Assembly: GCF_030144855.1 (NCBI RefSeq)
Contig: NC_082707.1
Span: 57,474,001-57,538,000, forward strand
Direction of reading: 5' to 3'
Length of the DNA stretch: 64,000 nt
Origin: Hypanus sabinus
Lineage: Eukaryota
Part shown: piece by piece, positions 1 through 13,300 of the stretch
Layout of the letters: each line of letters starts with the position of its first letter
Position numbering within the stretch: the stretch's first letter is position 1
The notes under the pieces: model-generated
What the model saw: the letters and a program-made list of their open reading frames with translations, nothing else
The model's database searches: none
What the model was told of the DNA's origin: nothing
Program-made: the position numbers and the translations under genes

Positions 1-2981
1 AAGAGACGGAGGAAGGGGCAGTTGGCTCTCAAATAGAGAAAGCTTGGAGACAGTATGAGAGGGAGGATAGGCAGGTGATAGAGAAGGGATGCACTTAGAC
101 TGATGGTTTGAGATGTGTCTATTTTAATGCAAAGAGTATCATGAACAAAGCGGATGAGCTTAGAACGTGGATCAGTACTTGGAGCTATGATGTTGTGGCT
201 ATTACAGAGACTCGGATAGTTCAGGGACAGGAATGGTTACTTGGAGTGCCAGGCTTTCAATGTTTCAGGAGGGACAGGGAGGGAGGCAGAAGAGGTGAGT
301 GCATGGTACTGCTGATCAGAGATAGTGCCATGGCTGCAGAAAAGGAGGAAGTCATGGAGGGATTGTCTACTGAGTCTCTGTGGGTGGAAGTTAGGAAAAG
401 GAAGGGGTCAATAATTCTACTGGGTGTTTTTTATAGACCACCCATTAGTAACAGGGACATTGAGGAGCAGATAGGGAGACAGATTCTGGGAAGGTGTAAT
501 AATAATAGGGTTGTCATGGTGGGAGATTTTAATTTCTCAAACATTGATTGACACCTCCCTGGAGCAAAGGGCTTAGATGGGGTGGAGTTTGTTAGGTGTG
601 TTCAGGAAGGTTTCCTGACACAATATGTAGGTAGGCTTACAAGTGGAGAGGCTGTACTTGATCTGGTATTGGGAAATGAACCTGGTCAGGTGTCATGTCC
701 GTCAGTGGGAGAGCATTTTGGAGATAGTGATCACAATTCTATCTTCTTTACCATAGCATTGCAGTGAGATAGGAACAGTCAAGTTAGGAAAGTAGTTAAT
801 TGGAGTTAGGGGAAATATGAAGCTATCAGGCAGGAACTTGGAAACATAAATTGGGAACAGATGTTGTCAGGGAAATGTATAGTAGAAATGTGGCAAATGT
901 TCAGGGGATATTTGTGTGGGGTTCTGAGTAAGTATGTTCCAATGATTCAGGGAAAGGATGTTAGGGTATAGGAACTGTGGTGCACAAATGCTGTTGAAAA
1001 TCTAGTCAAGAAGGAATGAAAAGCTTATGCAAGGTTTGAAAAAGTAGGTAATGATAGAGATCTAGAAGATTGCAAGGCTAGCAGGAAGGAGCTTAAGACT
1101 GAAATTAGGAGAGCAAGAAGGGGCCATGAGAAGGCCTTAGCGGGAAGGATTAAGGAAAACCCCAATGCATTCTACAAGTATGTGAAGATCAAGAGGATAA
1201 GATTTGAGAGAATCGGACCAATCAAGTGTGACAGTGGAAAAGTGTGATTGGAACCAGAGGAGATAGCAGAGGTATTTAATGAATACTTTGCTTTGGTATT
1301 CACTACAGAAAAGGACATTGGTGATTGTAGGGATGATTTACAGTGGACTGAAAAGCTTGAGCATATAAGCGTTACTAAAGGGGATGTGCTGGAGCTTTTG
1401 GAAAATATCAAGTTGGATAAGTCATTGGGACCAGACAGATGTACCGCAGGCTACTGTGGGAGGCGAGGGAGGAGATTGCTGAGCTTCTGGCAATGATCTT
1501 TGCATCATCAATGGGGACTGGAGAGGTTCCGGAGGATTGGAGGGTTACAGATATTGTTCCCTTATTCAAGGAAGGGAGTAGAGATAGCTCAGGAAATAAT
1601 AGGCCAGTGAGTCTTACTTCAGTGGTTGGTAAGTTGATGGAGAAGATCCTGAGAGGCAGGATTTATGAACATTTGGAGAGGCATAATATGATTAGGAGTA
1701 GTCAGCATGGGTTTCTCAAAGGTTGGTCATGCCTTATGAGCCTGATTGAATTTTTTGAGAATGTGACTAAACACATTGATAGCGGTAGAGCAGTAGATGT
1801 AGCGTATGTGTATTTCAGCAAGGCATTTGATAAGGTATCCCATGCAAGGTTTATTGAGAAAGAAATGAGGCATGGGATTCAAGGGGACATTGCTTTGTGG
1901 ATCCAGAATTGGCTTGCCATCAGAAGGCAAAGAGTGGTTCTAGACGGGTCATATTCAGCATGGAAGTCAGCGACCAGTGGTGTGCCTCCGGGATCTGTTC
2001 TGGGACCCTTACTCTTAGAGATTTTTATAAATTACCTGGATGAGGAAGTGGAGGGATGGGTTAGAAATAATTTGCTGATGACACAAGGTTGGGGGTGCTG
2101 TGGATAGTGTGGAAGGCTGTCAGAGGTTACAACGGGACATTGAGAGGATGCAAAACTGGGCTGAGAAGTGGCAGATGGAGTTCAACCCAGATAAGTGTGA
2201 GGTGGTACATTTTGGTAGGTGAAATATGATGGCAGAATATAATATTAATAGAAAGACTCTTGGCAGTGTGGAGGATCAGAGGGATCTTGGGGTCCGAGTC
2301 CATAAGATACTCAAAGCAGCTGCGCAGGTTGACTCTGTGGTTATGAAGGCATATGGTGCAATGGCCTTCATCAACTGTGGGACTGAGTTTAAGAGCCAAG
2401 AGGTAATGTTACAGCTATATCTGACCCTGGTCAGACCCCACTTGGAGTACTGTGCTCAGTTCTGGTCACCTCACTACAGAAAGGATGTGGAAACCATAGA
2501 AAAAGTGCAGAGGAGATTTACAAAGATGTTGCCTGGATTGGTAAGCAAGCCTTATGAGAATAGGTTGAGTGAACTCGGCCTTTTCTCCTTGGATTGCAGG
2601 AGGATGAGAGGTGACCTGATAGAGGTGTATAAGATGATGAGAGGCATTGATCATGTGGATAGTCAAAGGCTTTTTCCCAGGGCTGAAATGGCTAACACGA
2701 GAGGGCATAGTTTTAATTTGCTTGGAGGTAGGTACAGAGGAGATGTCAGGGGCAAGTTTTTTTTTACGCAGAAGGTGGCGAGGGCATGGACTAGGCTGCC
2801 AGCGACAGTGGTAGAGGCAGATACACAGGGTTTTTTAAGAGTCATCTGGATAGGTACATGGAGCTTAGGGAAATAGAGGGCTATGGGTAACCCTAGGTAA
2901 TTTCTAAAGTAAGTACATGTTCAGCACAGCATTGTGGGCCAAAGGGCCTGTATTGTGCTGTAGGCTTTCTATGTTTCTATG
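1..2981 (+). mobile_element. CR1-clade LINE, whole ORF2 (APE endonuclease + reverse transcriptase), inactivated
   Basis: ORF pieces: CVYFNAKS..ITET..GDFN..SDH (endonuclease); [40 protein letters not shown] (RT and C-terminus). Stops and frameshifts are present. The 3' end is ttctatgtttctat. Confidence 0.95.
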
Positions 2982-3291
2982 ATTTAATTACTGGTTTCCA
3001 CAAATTCAAGTGTACTGTACTTAACATATGTCCTTTCAGACTTAATATAGCTTTAATATTAGACAATGTTTTGTTGTCAATGTCAATGGAACAAAGAATC
3101 TGAAATTTTCATCTGGGAGGGAGATTTGGCAACATCTCTTTTTGTAGACATTTGTCAGAGCACAGTCAGCTTTCCCACATCATTGATGGAAGTGTCTGAA
3201 CCTTTAAAATGAAGTACTTTTTTGCCATGTTTGATATAGACTGGACTTAACAAACAAATGAAATATATTAGATTATAAAAGGGGGAAACTG

Positions 3292-4166
3292 TCAGAATCA
3301 GAATCAGGTTTATTATCACCGGCATGTGACGTGAAATTTGTTAACTTAGCAACAGCAGTTTAATGCAATACATAATCTAGCAGAGAGAAAAAAATACAAC
3401 ATAATAATAAATAAACAAGTAACTCAATTATGTATATTGAATAGATATAATAAAATGTGCAAAAACATACATACTGTTTATTTAAAAAAGTGAGGTAGTG
3501 TCCAAAGCTTTAATGTCTATTTAGGAATCAGATGGCAGAGGGGAGGAAGCTGTTCCTGAATCACTGAGTGTGTGCCTTCAGGCTTCTGTACCTCCTACCT
3601 GATGGTAACAGTGAGAAAAGGGCATTTCCTGGGTGAGGGGAGTCCTTAATAATGGACGCTGCCTTTCTGAGACACCACTCCCTTAAGATTTCCTGGGTAC
3701 TTTGTAAGCTAGTACCCAAGATGGAGCTGACTAGATTTACAACCTTCTGCAGCTTCTTTTGGTCCTGTACAGTAGCCCCTCCTAACCAGACAGTGATGCA
3801 GCCTGTCAGAATGCTCTCCACGGTACAACTATAGAAGTTTTTGAGTGTATTTGTTGACATGCCAAATCTCTTTAAACTCCTAATAAAATATAGCAGAGGT
3901 CTTGTCTTCTTTATGGGTACATCAATATGTTGGGACCAGGTTAGATCCTCAGAGATCTTGACACCCAGGAACTTGAAGCTGCTCACTCTCTCCACTTCTG
4001 ATCCCTCTATGAGGATTGGTATGTGTTCCTTCATCTTACCCTTGCTGAAGTCCACAATCAGCTCTTTCGTCTTACTGATGTGGAGTGCCAGGTTGTTGCT
4101 GCGGCACCACTCCACTAGTTGGCATATCTCACTCCTCTATGCCCTCTTGTCACCATCTGAGATTCT
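3292..4166 (-). mobile_element. Rex1/Babar-like LINE, 5'-truncated
   Basis: ORF 3561-4115 [44 protein letters not shown]; 3' UTR ends in an (ATTCTG)n tail. Confidence 0.9.
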
Positions 4167-4254
4167 GAAGGGGTCTCTAAGCATCAATGGCTTTAATTGA
4201 TTTGATGTTCTATCTATTTGCCTTGAAACTAATATTCAACAATATTCTTCAAAG

Positions 4255-4377
4255 GGGACTTGGAAGAAACAATCTTACATTCTGCACTGTTCAGTGGCAG
4301 TAACGAAATAGCAAGATTCATTCTGGATCGGATACCATCACTGATTAATGAACCAATGACATCTGAAATGTACAAAG
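4255..4377 (+). CDS. TRPV6: TRPV5/6-like exon 3 (ankyrin repeat)
   Basis: aaag|GG GAC...AAA G|gtaaat; 123 bp; [41 protein letters not shown]. Confidence 0.92.
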
Positions 4378-7300
4378 GTAAATAGGAAATACTTCAACCA
4401 AGGCAACATCAGATATAAAAGAAACCATATTTTTCAATCTTCTGCCAGTGATCATGATTTCAGGGTAGTGTGTTTACACATGAGTCTATAACCAATGCCA
4501 GTCTTGACAATATTCCTTTCTGGAATTTATCCTTGTCTCCTCAATTATCCCGTATTTGTTTGAATGTGAAGATTTGAGTGACTGAGCAATAATTGTAAAA
4601 TGACATTATCAATCATTTAAAGGTTAATAACAAAGTGAAACTACCAGGAAATTGTAGTCTGGTAGTCAGAATCCAGAGTATTAAATTCTCAGCTCTAAAT
4701 ATACTATTTGAACACCGAATTTGGTGATGCTCTCTTAGATTGAGTTACGATAGCTTCCAATGTATCATTCCAAAGTTGGCAATGCTAGCTCTTGACCAGC
4801 CCTCCGAATAGGACTGAGCCACATTTCCAAGTCATAAGAACTAGTTTGAAATTCTACACAAAAAGCAGGGGAGGATATTGTTGTTAAACCTAAAGATCGA
4901 ATGTTTTTTTTACACTGTGTGAAGCTTAATTGATGCAGTGACCTTTCTTAATCCGCTTATATGCATTAATTGCTTCTTATATCATTTTGTCAACATCCAG
5001 GGGAAACACCTATGCATGTTGCTGTTTTGAAACAAGATTTAGACATGGTTGAGGAATTGCTGAATCGAGGTGCTGATTTGTTCAATTCACGTGCAACTGG
5101 TTCCTGCTTTGTCCCGGGAGACGATTGTCAATGCTACTATGGTGAGGTTTAGCTTTTATACTGAGAATTCAAGTGACAATGATTATTGAGGTATTATTCT
5201 GGAACACTGTAAAATGAAGGGTCTTTGCACCAGTTACAAAATGGGTGTTTTAATATATCCTCATTAAGTTATTGCTACTAAATCTGTTCTGAACCTTGCA
5301 TAAGTCATTGGTGCATTCTAGCACCAAAAGATTCTCTAGCAAGATATATCTTCCCCTTCCTTTCCCTTTTAGAATTCCAGGGTGGTCAACTCCTTGACTT
5401 CCTCTATTTACTCTTACATCTTCACTTTTCCCTGTGAATCTGACAGAGAACGATCTCAGTTGCTTTTTCATAAAAGTCACTGTGTAACTTATTAATTAGA
5501 TTGATAATTGAGAATGATCAAGATCTGAATTCATTGTTTGGCTTTGCACCATGTGTAGAATTACATCTAGATGAACGGAAAGTGGGTTAAAAGTTCCTAA
5601 GTGTTTTAAAGTGCTCTCAAAAGCTCCAATTCTGTGAATTTTATGAACACAATCTTGATTTTTATTTTTGATACAATAAAATAGAATTCAGTACATGGTT
5701 GATTAACAGATGCTTGACAAGTGTGCATTGCAGAATAAATATATATAGTGATATGAGATAGCAGAGTTGCATGTTATTTATTAACTCAATATTCATAACT
5801 GATTTTCCAATTGCCATATGCGACTTATCTGTATTAAATGTCTCACTCATAGTACAGAAACATTGATTGAAATTGTATATCTTTAGTAAAATATAGCAAT
5901 TTTGTATCTGGTATGTCGACTAGATTAAAAAGGCTCAGCACTAGAATTCATTTTGTTGCCTATTTTTAAAATTGATAACAAGAGTTGCTACCATATTTTT
6001 GCTACTGACAGGTGAATTTGTGTTGTCATTTGCTGCATGCATTGGTAATGAGGAGATTGTTAGAACTCTTATTCAGCACAATGCTCCACTGGATGCACAG
6101 GATTCCAAAGGTAAATACTCCATTGTTTATTTACCACAAAGTAATTCTTTTCAAATTCATGTGCAATTATCATTCCTCTCACAGAATCTTTCCTCTCAAA
6201 GTATCTGGAACCAGGTGTGATTTATGACTGAAGTTAAGAAAAGACTTTAGCTGTTTAACTTGCTTTAAAAGAGTTGCATCAAATTTTAGTTAACCTGGTG
6301 TGCCCATAACTTTGATGCCAAACTGGCAGGTTTTCACAACAATTGGATGTTATTTATTAATGCATCATTTTCTTCAAATATTAAACAGTAGAATAATATA
6401 TTTTCCACTGAGTTTAAAGGGAGTGTGGAAAACAGAAGCAGATAAAATTCAAAGGAAAATCAAAACCAGATGAGTTTAAGGAAAGCATGGGAAGTGAATG
6501 AAAGGGGAGTGTGGCAGACATTACCTGGAGATCCAAGTGTCGAATCATTAGGATTTCCAAATAGATAGTAGATTATCAAAGTTTTACAATTTTTGCTTTT
6601 TGGTAAAAAGATGAACTCTGGTGACTTTATAACTTTTGTATAATAGAATTAAAATTATAAATTTTATTTTTAAAAATTCATTCTTTTTTGTATTCATAGA
6701 ACACTTGTTTGAATGTCCAGATAGAAATGCTTTAAAACAATGCAGATTTCCTTACCTTTCTGAAAGTTTTGAATGTGCAAATCCAGAAATAGGATTGACA
6801 TCTACCACAGCAGTCACATTATGTCTGAAGTGAACTGGATTATAAATGCAGTAGCACATGTGCTGATATACTCACTGTTTACTGAAGAAAGTAAAGCAGT
6901 TACATAATAGTGGAATTTACAACACTGCTGGGTTTAGAAACTACTTAATGCTGAAAGCATGTGATTTATTTCCATGAGGAATCTCGGATTAACTCTTACT
7001 AGTTGCCCTGTATGATTATTCAACTCTGATTTAGTTTCAGTGAATTTAGCCGAGATCTGTCAGGAAATTTTGTTGATGGTTGGAGATGAACATTTTATTG
7101 CATCCAGTTTCTGTCACTTTTTAGAGCAGTATTATTTTGTGCACGGTTCAGCAGCACAATCTTTCAGAAGAGGTTAGAATTTATAATCTATATGCATTTT
7201 CTAACCTTATTGCATAATCCTTAATTTTGGCCATCTTTGTTATCCAGTACAAAACATAATGGATGCTGGACATCTTAGTCCTAACATTTGCTTGCATGTC

Positions 7301-10300
7301 CTTTGGTAGAAAATTGTCTGCTTATAATGTACAAGAAAAGCTTTCTGAAGGAGGGGTATGTATACCAGTCTGTACATTTACAGTGTTTCAGCACTTTAAT
7401 TAAATATAGATGTACCGTGGAGAGCATTCTGACAGGCTGCATCACTGTCTGGTATGGGGGGAGGGGCTACTGCTCAGGACCGAAAGAAGCTGCAGAGTGT
7501 TATAAATTTAGTCGGCTCCATCTTGGGTACTAGCCTACAAAGTACCCAGGACATCTTCAAGGAGCGGTGTCTCAGAAAGGTAGTGTCCATTCCTATGGAC
7601 CTCCAGCACCCAGAATCAGAATCCAGCTTCTCCGAATCAGAATCAGGTTTATTATCACCAGCATGTGATGTGAAATTTGTTAACTTAGCAGTAGCAGTTC
7701 AATGCAATACATAATCTAGCAGAGAGACAAAAATAATAATAATAATAAATAAACAAGTAAATCAATTACAGTATACATATATTGAATAAATTAAAAAGCA
7801 TGCAAAAACAGAAATACTGTATGTATTAAAAAAGTGAGGTAGTGTCCAAAGATTCAATGTCCATTTAGGAATTGGATGACAGGGGAAGAAGCTGTTCCTG
7901 AATCGCTGAGTGTGTGCCTTCAGGCTTCTGTACCTCCTACCTGATGGTAACAGTGAGAAAAGAGCACACCCTGGGTGCTGGAGGACCTTAATAATGGACG
8001 CTGCCTTTCTGAGACACCGCTCCTTGAAGATGTCCTGGGTACTTAGTAAGCTGGTATCCAAGATGGAGGTGACTAGATTTATAACCTACTGCAGCTCTTT
8101 CGGTTTCTTTTCTCACTGTTACCATCAGGTAGGAGGTACAGAAGCCTGAAGGCACACACTCAGTGATTCAGGAACAGCTTCTTCCCCTCTGCCATCCAAT
8201 TCCTAAATGGACATTGAACCCTTGGGCACTACCTCACTTTTTAAAAAAATATATGGTGTTTCTGTTTTTTGCACAATTTTTAATCTATTCAGTATCTGTA
8301 TACTGTGTAAAGTATACTGAATAAGATTTACTTATTTATTATTATCATTATTTTATTTTTTTCTTCTATAGTATGTATTGCATTGAACTGCTGCTGCTAA
8401 TTTAACAAATTTCACTTCACTTGCCAGTGATAATAAACCTGAATCTGATATTTGCAGAAGTGAACTGGGCTTACTGAAAGAAGGACAAACTCAATGCTGC
8501 ACTCTTCTAAAGCAGAGGACTGTCTTTCTTTTTTGGCAGTTTCTTGGGTTCTAGGATAATTTATTTGCAGTTCTTTTGGTTCAGAGATTGATGAAGCCAG
8601 TGTGGGAAGCACAAATTCTTTCCCCAGATGTGACAGAAGTGCATGATAGGACAAGTGAGTCCCTCTTGCTTGTCCCATCAAGCGGGTGGCTTGTGTATTG
8701 GTGCGTTCCTTCTGATGTTTACTGTGTGCCCCAATGTTTGTAGTCAATATCATTCCAAACACTCCCAAGAAGGTGCTTTATTTTAGCTTCTAACCATGCA
8801 TTGAGGATTCTGTAGCTAATGTGACTGATATTTGTTTTCCACTCTTCAAGAGAAAGTGTTAAATGGATAAAAAATGAATTGTGTATTACCACCCCATCTG
8901 TCCTCAAAGCCATTCCATCAATTTGCGTATACAATGTGATCTCTATTCATTTGTATTCTCCTCTTCAGTTTGATAAAGGTAATGGAGTAGATTGACATCT
9001 GGGTGCTTGAAGGTATTTATAGGATACCATAAGTAAATGGTAGGCAGACTTGATGCCCATGGACTAAAGAGGTTATTGGTAGCATGGATAAGAAGTAATG
9101 TTATGGATAGAATGCAGAATAACATTAGAAACAGGACCAGACTGGGTGACAGCAGACACTGGATGCCCCAGGAAACATAGACATGAATGGGATAACTTAA
9201 AATTCTAAATGTGTAATTGATATAAGCCTTGGAAATGTGGTAAAGGATAAGGAGAATGGATTTCAAAAGATGTAGGCAGGTGTTGACAAGCATGTGACAA
9301 AATTGAATACAAATGAATACACTTTAGCATAAGGATAAACAATGTAGACCTAGTGACTGAGGTGAAATATTCTCTGTTCATTTACAGTACTTAATATTAT
9401 TTATTTTCAAATTTTGGATTTTCCTTTCTTGGACTTGTGATTTGGCTCTCTCTAGTTGAGAGAAGGTTTGATGGTGTTGTACACCATCTTTCGGGTACTG
9501 ATAGGCTAGACAGAGATTGGTCCCATCCGTGAAGTTAGAAAGAGCGGTTTCAAGAACCAAACTTCACAGATTTGAAATTATTGTCAAAAGACACAAGTAA
9601 ATGTAAGGGAAAAAAAAACAATCATCAATGTTTGTTCTTCAAGCATGTTGTTTCTATTTGATTAGGCCTGAAATTCTTTTGAACAGGCAATACAGTACTT
9701 CATATGTTGGTTCTACAAGAGGAGAAAAGCCAGACTTATTCAATGTATGATCTCATTACATCTCTTATGACTGAGAAACAACAGCCAAATCTTGAGGAGA
9801 TAACGAACAATGATGGTTACACTCCATTGAAGCTTGCAGTAGCTGAGGGGCATTTAGAGGTAAATAATTGCATTGATATACCATCATTGTTTGTGAACAA
9901 AATCATCCTCTTATATGTTTATGTTCAGAATTTTATTTTCTGTGATATACAGTATCTGCCAATTAAAAATTAACCTGACTCTACTGTAAAAATGAAAGGT
10001 GTCCCTTTCAGTGTATAACGTGCATATTACTGCACTATTTGGTGCCATCTCCTAATAATATTCAGAATAACAGCCTGCAATTTTATTGTTACTGTTGTAT
10101 TTACTTCTCACTTACAACTCTTTAACAGCAAATGTAACATGCATTCATATTCAGTCACTGCTCATAAGTATGATTAATAGTTTTGAATATTTCTAAGGCA
10201 CATTTGTTAGAGGATGTTTAAACCAAATCTCTCTTTAATGATTATGTGTTTTAATACATTGATTGAACTGTAATTCGTAGATGTTCAACTATTTAGTTCA

Positions 10301-13300
10301 AAAACAGAAGAAGATGTACTGGACCATGGGAACAATTTCGTATTGTACTTATGACCTCACCAACATTGATACATGGGGAGATCAAAAATCAGTTCTGGAC
10401 ATTATTACGAACAGCAGGAGTAGTGAGGTAACTATTAGGCCATGTCATTGCTAAAATATCTAATTGTATAGAAAATTATCCCCTGGCAATGTATAATATT
10501 TTCTTAACAAGCAGTTACAATCTTAATATGTACTATATAGTCCTTAATGGTATTGATTCTCTATTTCAGCAGCCTAGCCAATTTAGCATTCCTCAGTTTT
10601 TAAAATATTTTTGCTTCTAATCCAAAGAATAGAATTTTAAATGGATTTCACAAAACATAATGTAAATTTTTTCAGGAGTTTTTGGGTTGATTCTCAGCAT
10701 TGGAAACTTAATGTCTAGAAAGTTGGCTGAGGAGCATTTAACACAGTTAGGTGGTGATTATCAACCATTTTCTTTGCAATATCTACCGGTACTCTGAGAA
10801 AGTTAGTCTGGACACTTGTGATAGCAGCTGTGAAATATGACTCATATTCTGCACATGTTAGCACTGCTTAATTGCTTTTATACACCGAGAATACTCATTT
10901 AAATGTTAAACTTACTACAAACCCCATTTCCAGAAAAGTTGGGATATTTTCCAAAATGCAATAAAAACAAAAATTTGTGATATGTTAATTCACATGAACC
11001 TTTATTTAACTGACAAAAGTACAAAGAAAAGATTTTCAATAGTTTTACTGACCAACTTAATTGTATTTTGTAAATATACACAAATTTAGAATTTGATGGC
11101 TGCAACACACTCAACAAAAGTTGGGACAGAGTTAAAATAAGATTGAAAAGTGCACAGAATATTCAAGTAACACCGGTTGGGAAGACTCCACATTAAGCAG
11201 GCTAATTGGTAGCAGGTGAGGTAACATGACTGGGTATAAAAGTAGCGTCCATCAAAGGCTCAGTCTTTGCAAGCAAGAATGGGTCGAGGCTCACACCTTT
11301 GTGCCAAAATTCATGAGAGAATTGTTCGTCAGTTCAAAAGTAACATTTCTCAACGCAAGATTGCAGAGAATTTAGGTCTTTCAACATCTACGGTACATAA
11401 TATTGTGAAAAGATTCAGAGAATTCAGAGACATCTCAGTGCGTAAAGGGCAAGGTCAGAAACCACTGTTGAATGCATATGATCTTCGAGCCCTCAGGCGG
11501 CACTGCCTAAGAAACCGTCATGCTACTGTGACAATTATAGCCACCTGGGCTCGGGAGTACTTCAGAAAACCATCGTCACGGAACACAGTCCATCGCTGCA
11601 TCCAGAAATGCAACTTGAAACTGTATTATGCAAGGAGGAAGCCATACATCAACTCTATGCAGAAACGCCGGCGAGTTCTCTGGGCCCGAGCTCATCTCAG
11701 ATAGACCAAAAGACTGTGGAACTGTGTGCTGTGGTTAGATAAGTCCACATTTCAGCTAGTTTTTGGAAAAAATGGGCGTCAAGTTCTCCGTGCCAAAGAT
11801 GAAAACAACCATCCTGATTGTTAACAGCAAAAGGTGCAAAAACCAGCATCTGTGATGGTATGGGGGTGCATCAGTGCCCACGGCATGGGGGAGTTGCATG
11901 TATGTGAAGGTACCATTGTCTCTGAGGCATATATTAGGATTTTAGAGAGATATATGTTGCCATCAAGGCGATGTCTCTTCCCAGGACGTCCATGCTTATT
12001 TCAGCAGGACAATGCCAGACCACATTCTGCACGGGCTACAACAGCATGGCTTTGTAGACACAGAGTGTGTGTGCTTGACTGGCCTGCTGCCAGTCCAGAT
12101 CTATCTCCTATTGAAAATGTATGGCGCATCATGAAGAGGAGAATCAGACAACGGAGACCACAGACTGTTGAGCAGCTGAGGTCTTATATCAAGCAAGAAT
12201 GGACAAAATTTCCAATTGCAAATCTACTACAATTAGTATCCTCAGTTACAAAACAGTTAAAAAGTGTTATTAAAAGGAAAGGTGATGTAACACAATGGTA
12301 AACATACCTCTGTCCCAACTTTTGTTGTGTGTGTTGCAGCCATCAAATTCTAAATTTGTGTATATTTACAAAATACAATTAAGTTGGTCAGTAAAACTAT
12401 TGAAAATCTTTTCTTTGTACTTTTGTCAGTTAAATAAAGGTTCACGTGAATTAACATATCACAGATTTTTGTTTTTATTGCATTTTGGAAAATATCCCAA
12501 CTTTTCTGGCAATGGGGTTTGTACATAGAACAGAACAAGGAACAGTCCCTGTGGTCCACAATGTCTTCTTCAACCATGATGCCATCCCAACTGCCTGCAC
12601 AGGATCTATACCCTACCTTTCTCTCATGTGGCCTATCACGTCGGCATCCACCACTACCCCTGACAGCACATTTCAGGCACTTACCACTCTATGTTAAAAA
12701 ACTTGCCCTACACATCTCCTGTTAACTGTAACAATTCCTCTTGGTCTTCTAGTATTTGATATTTCTACCCTAGGAAGGTGACTCTGACTCTCTACCTTAT
12801 GCATATGTCTCATAAGTTTTTGAACTTTTATCAGATCCCCTTTCAGCCACTCATTTTCCACCCTCTCTTTTATAGCTAATGCTCTAATCCACATAGGTTC
12901 CTGTGAACTTCCTCTGCACTCTCTCCGAATCCTCTACAGCTTTCCTATAATGGGGCTATCAGAAATGAACATAGTGCTTCAAATGCAGCTAAACCATAGT
13001 TTTATATAGCAGCAATATTATTTCTTGATTCTTACTTACAATGCCACAACTGATTAAGGCAAGCACTTCCTTTCTCTTTACCACCCTAACGTTTTGAGTT
13101 ACCACTTTCAGGGAACTATGGACTTGGACCCCAAGATTTTTCTTTACATCGGTGCTGTTAAGGGCCTTGCCATTTGTTGAGCCCATTCCCCTTATGTTTG
13201 ACTTCCAAAATGGAACACATCATACTCACCTGGATTAAACTCAATTTGCCATTTATCCATCTGTGTCTTTTGACAATCTTCTTCACTACCCACGATTCCA

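Noticed and set aside
108-2876. Reverse-transcriptase ORFs as host genes or an active LINE
   Set aside because: These are ordinary CR1 ORF2 pieces broken by several stops and frameshifts; the overlapping antisense ORFs are shadows.
10899-12577. Near-identical short ORFs at 10899-11117 (-) and 12295-12528 (+)
   Set aside because: They are translations of the two Tc1 terminal inverted repeats.
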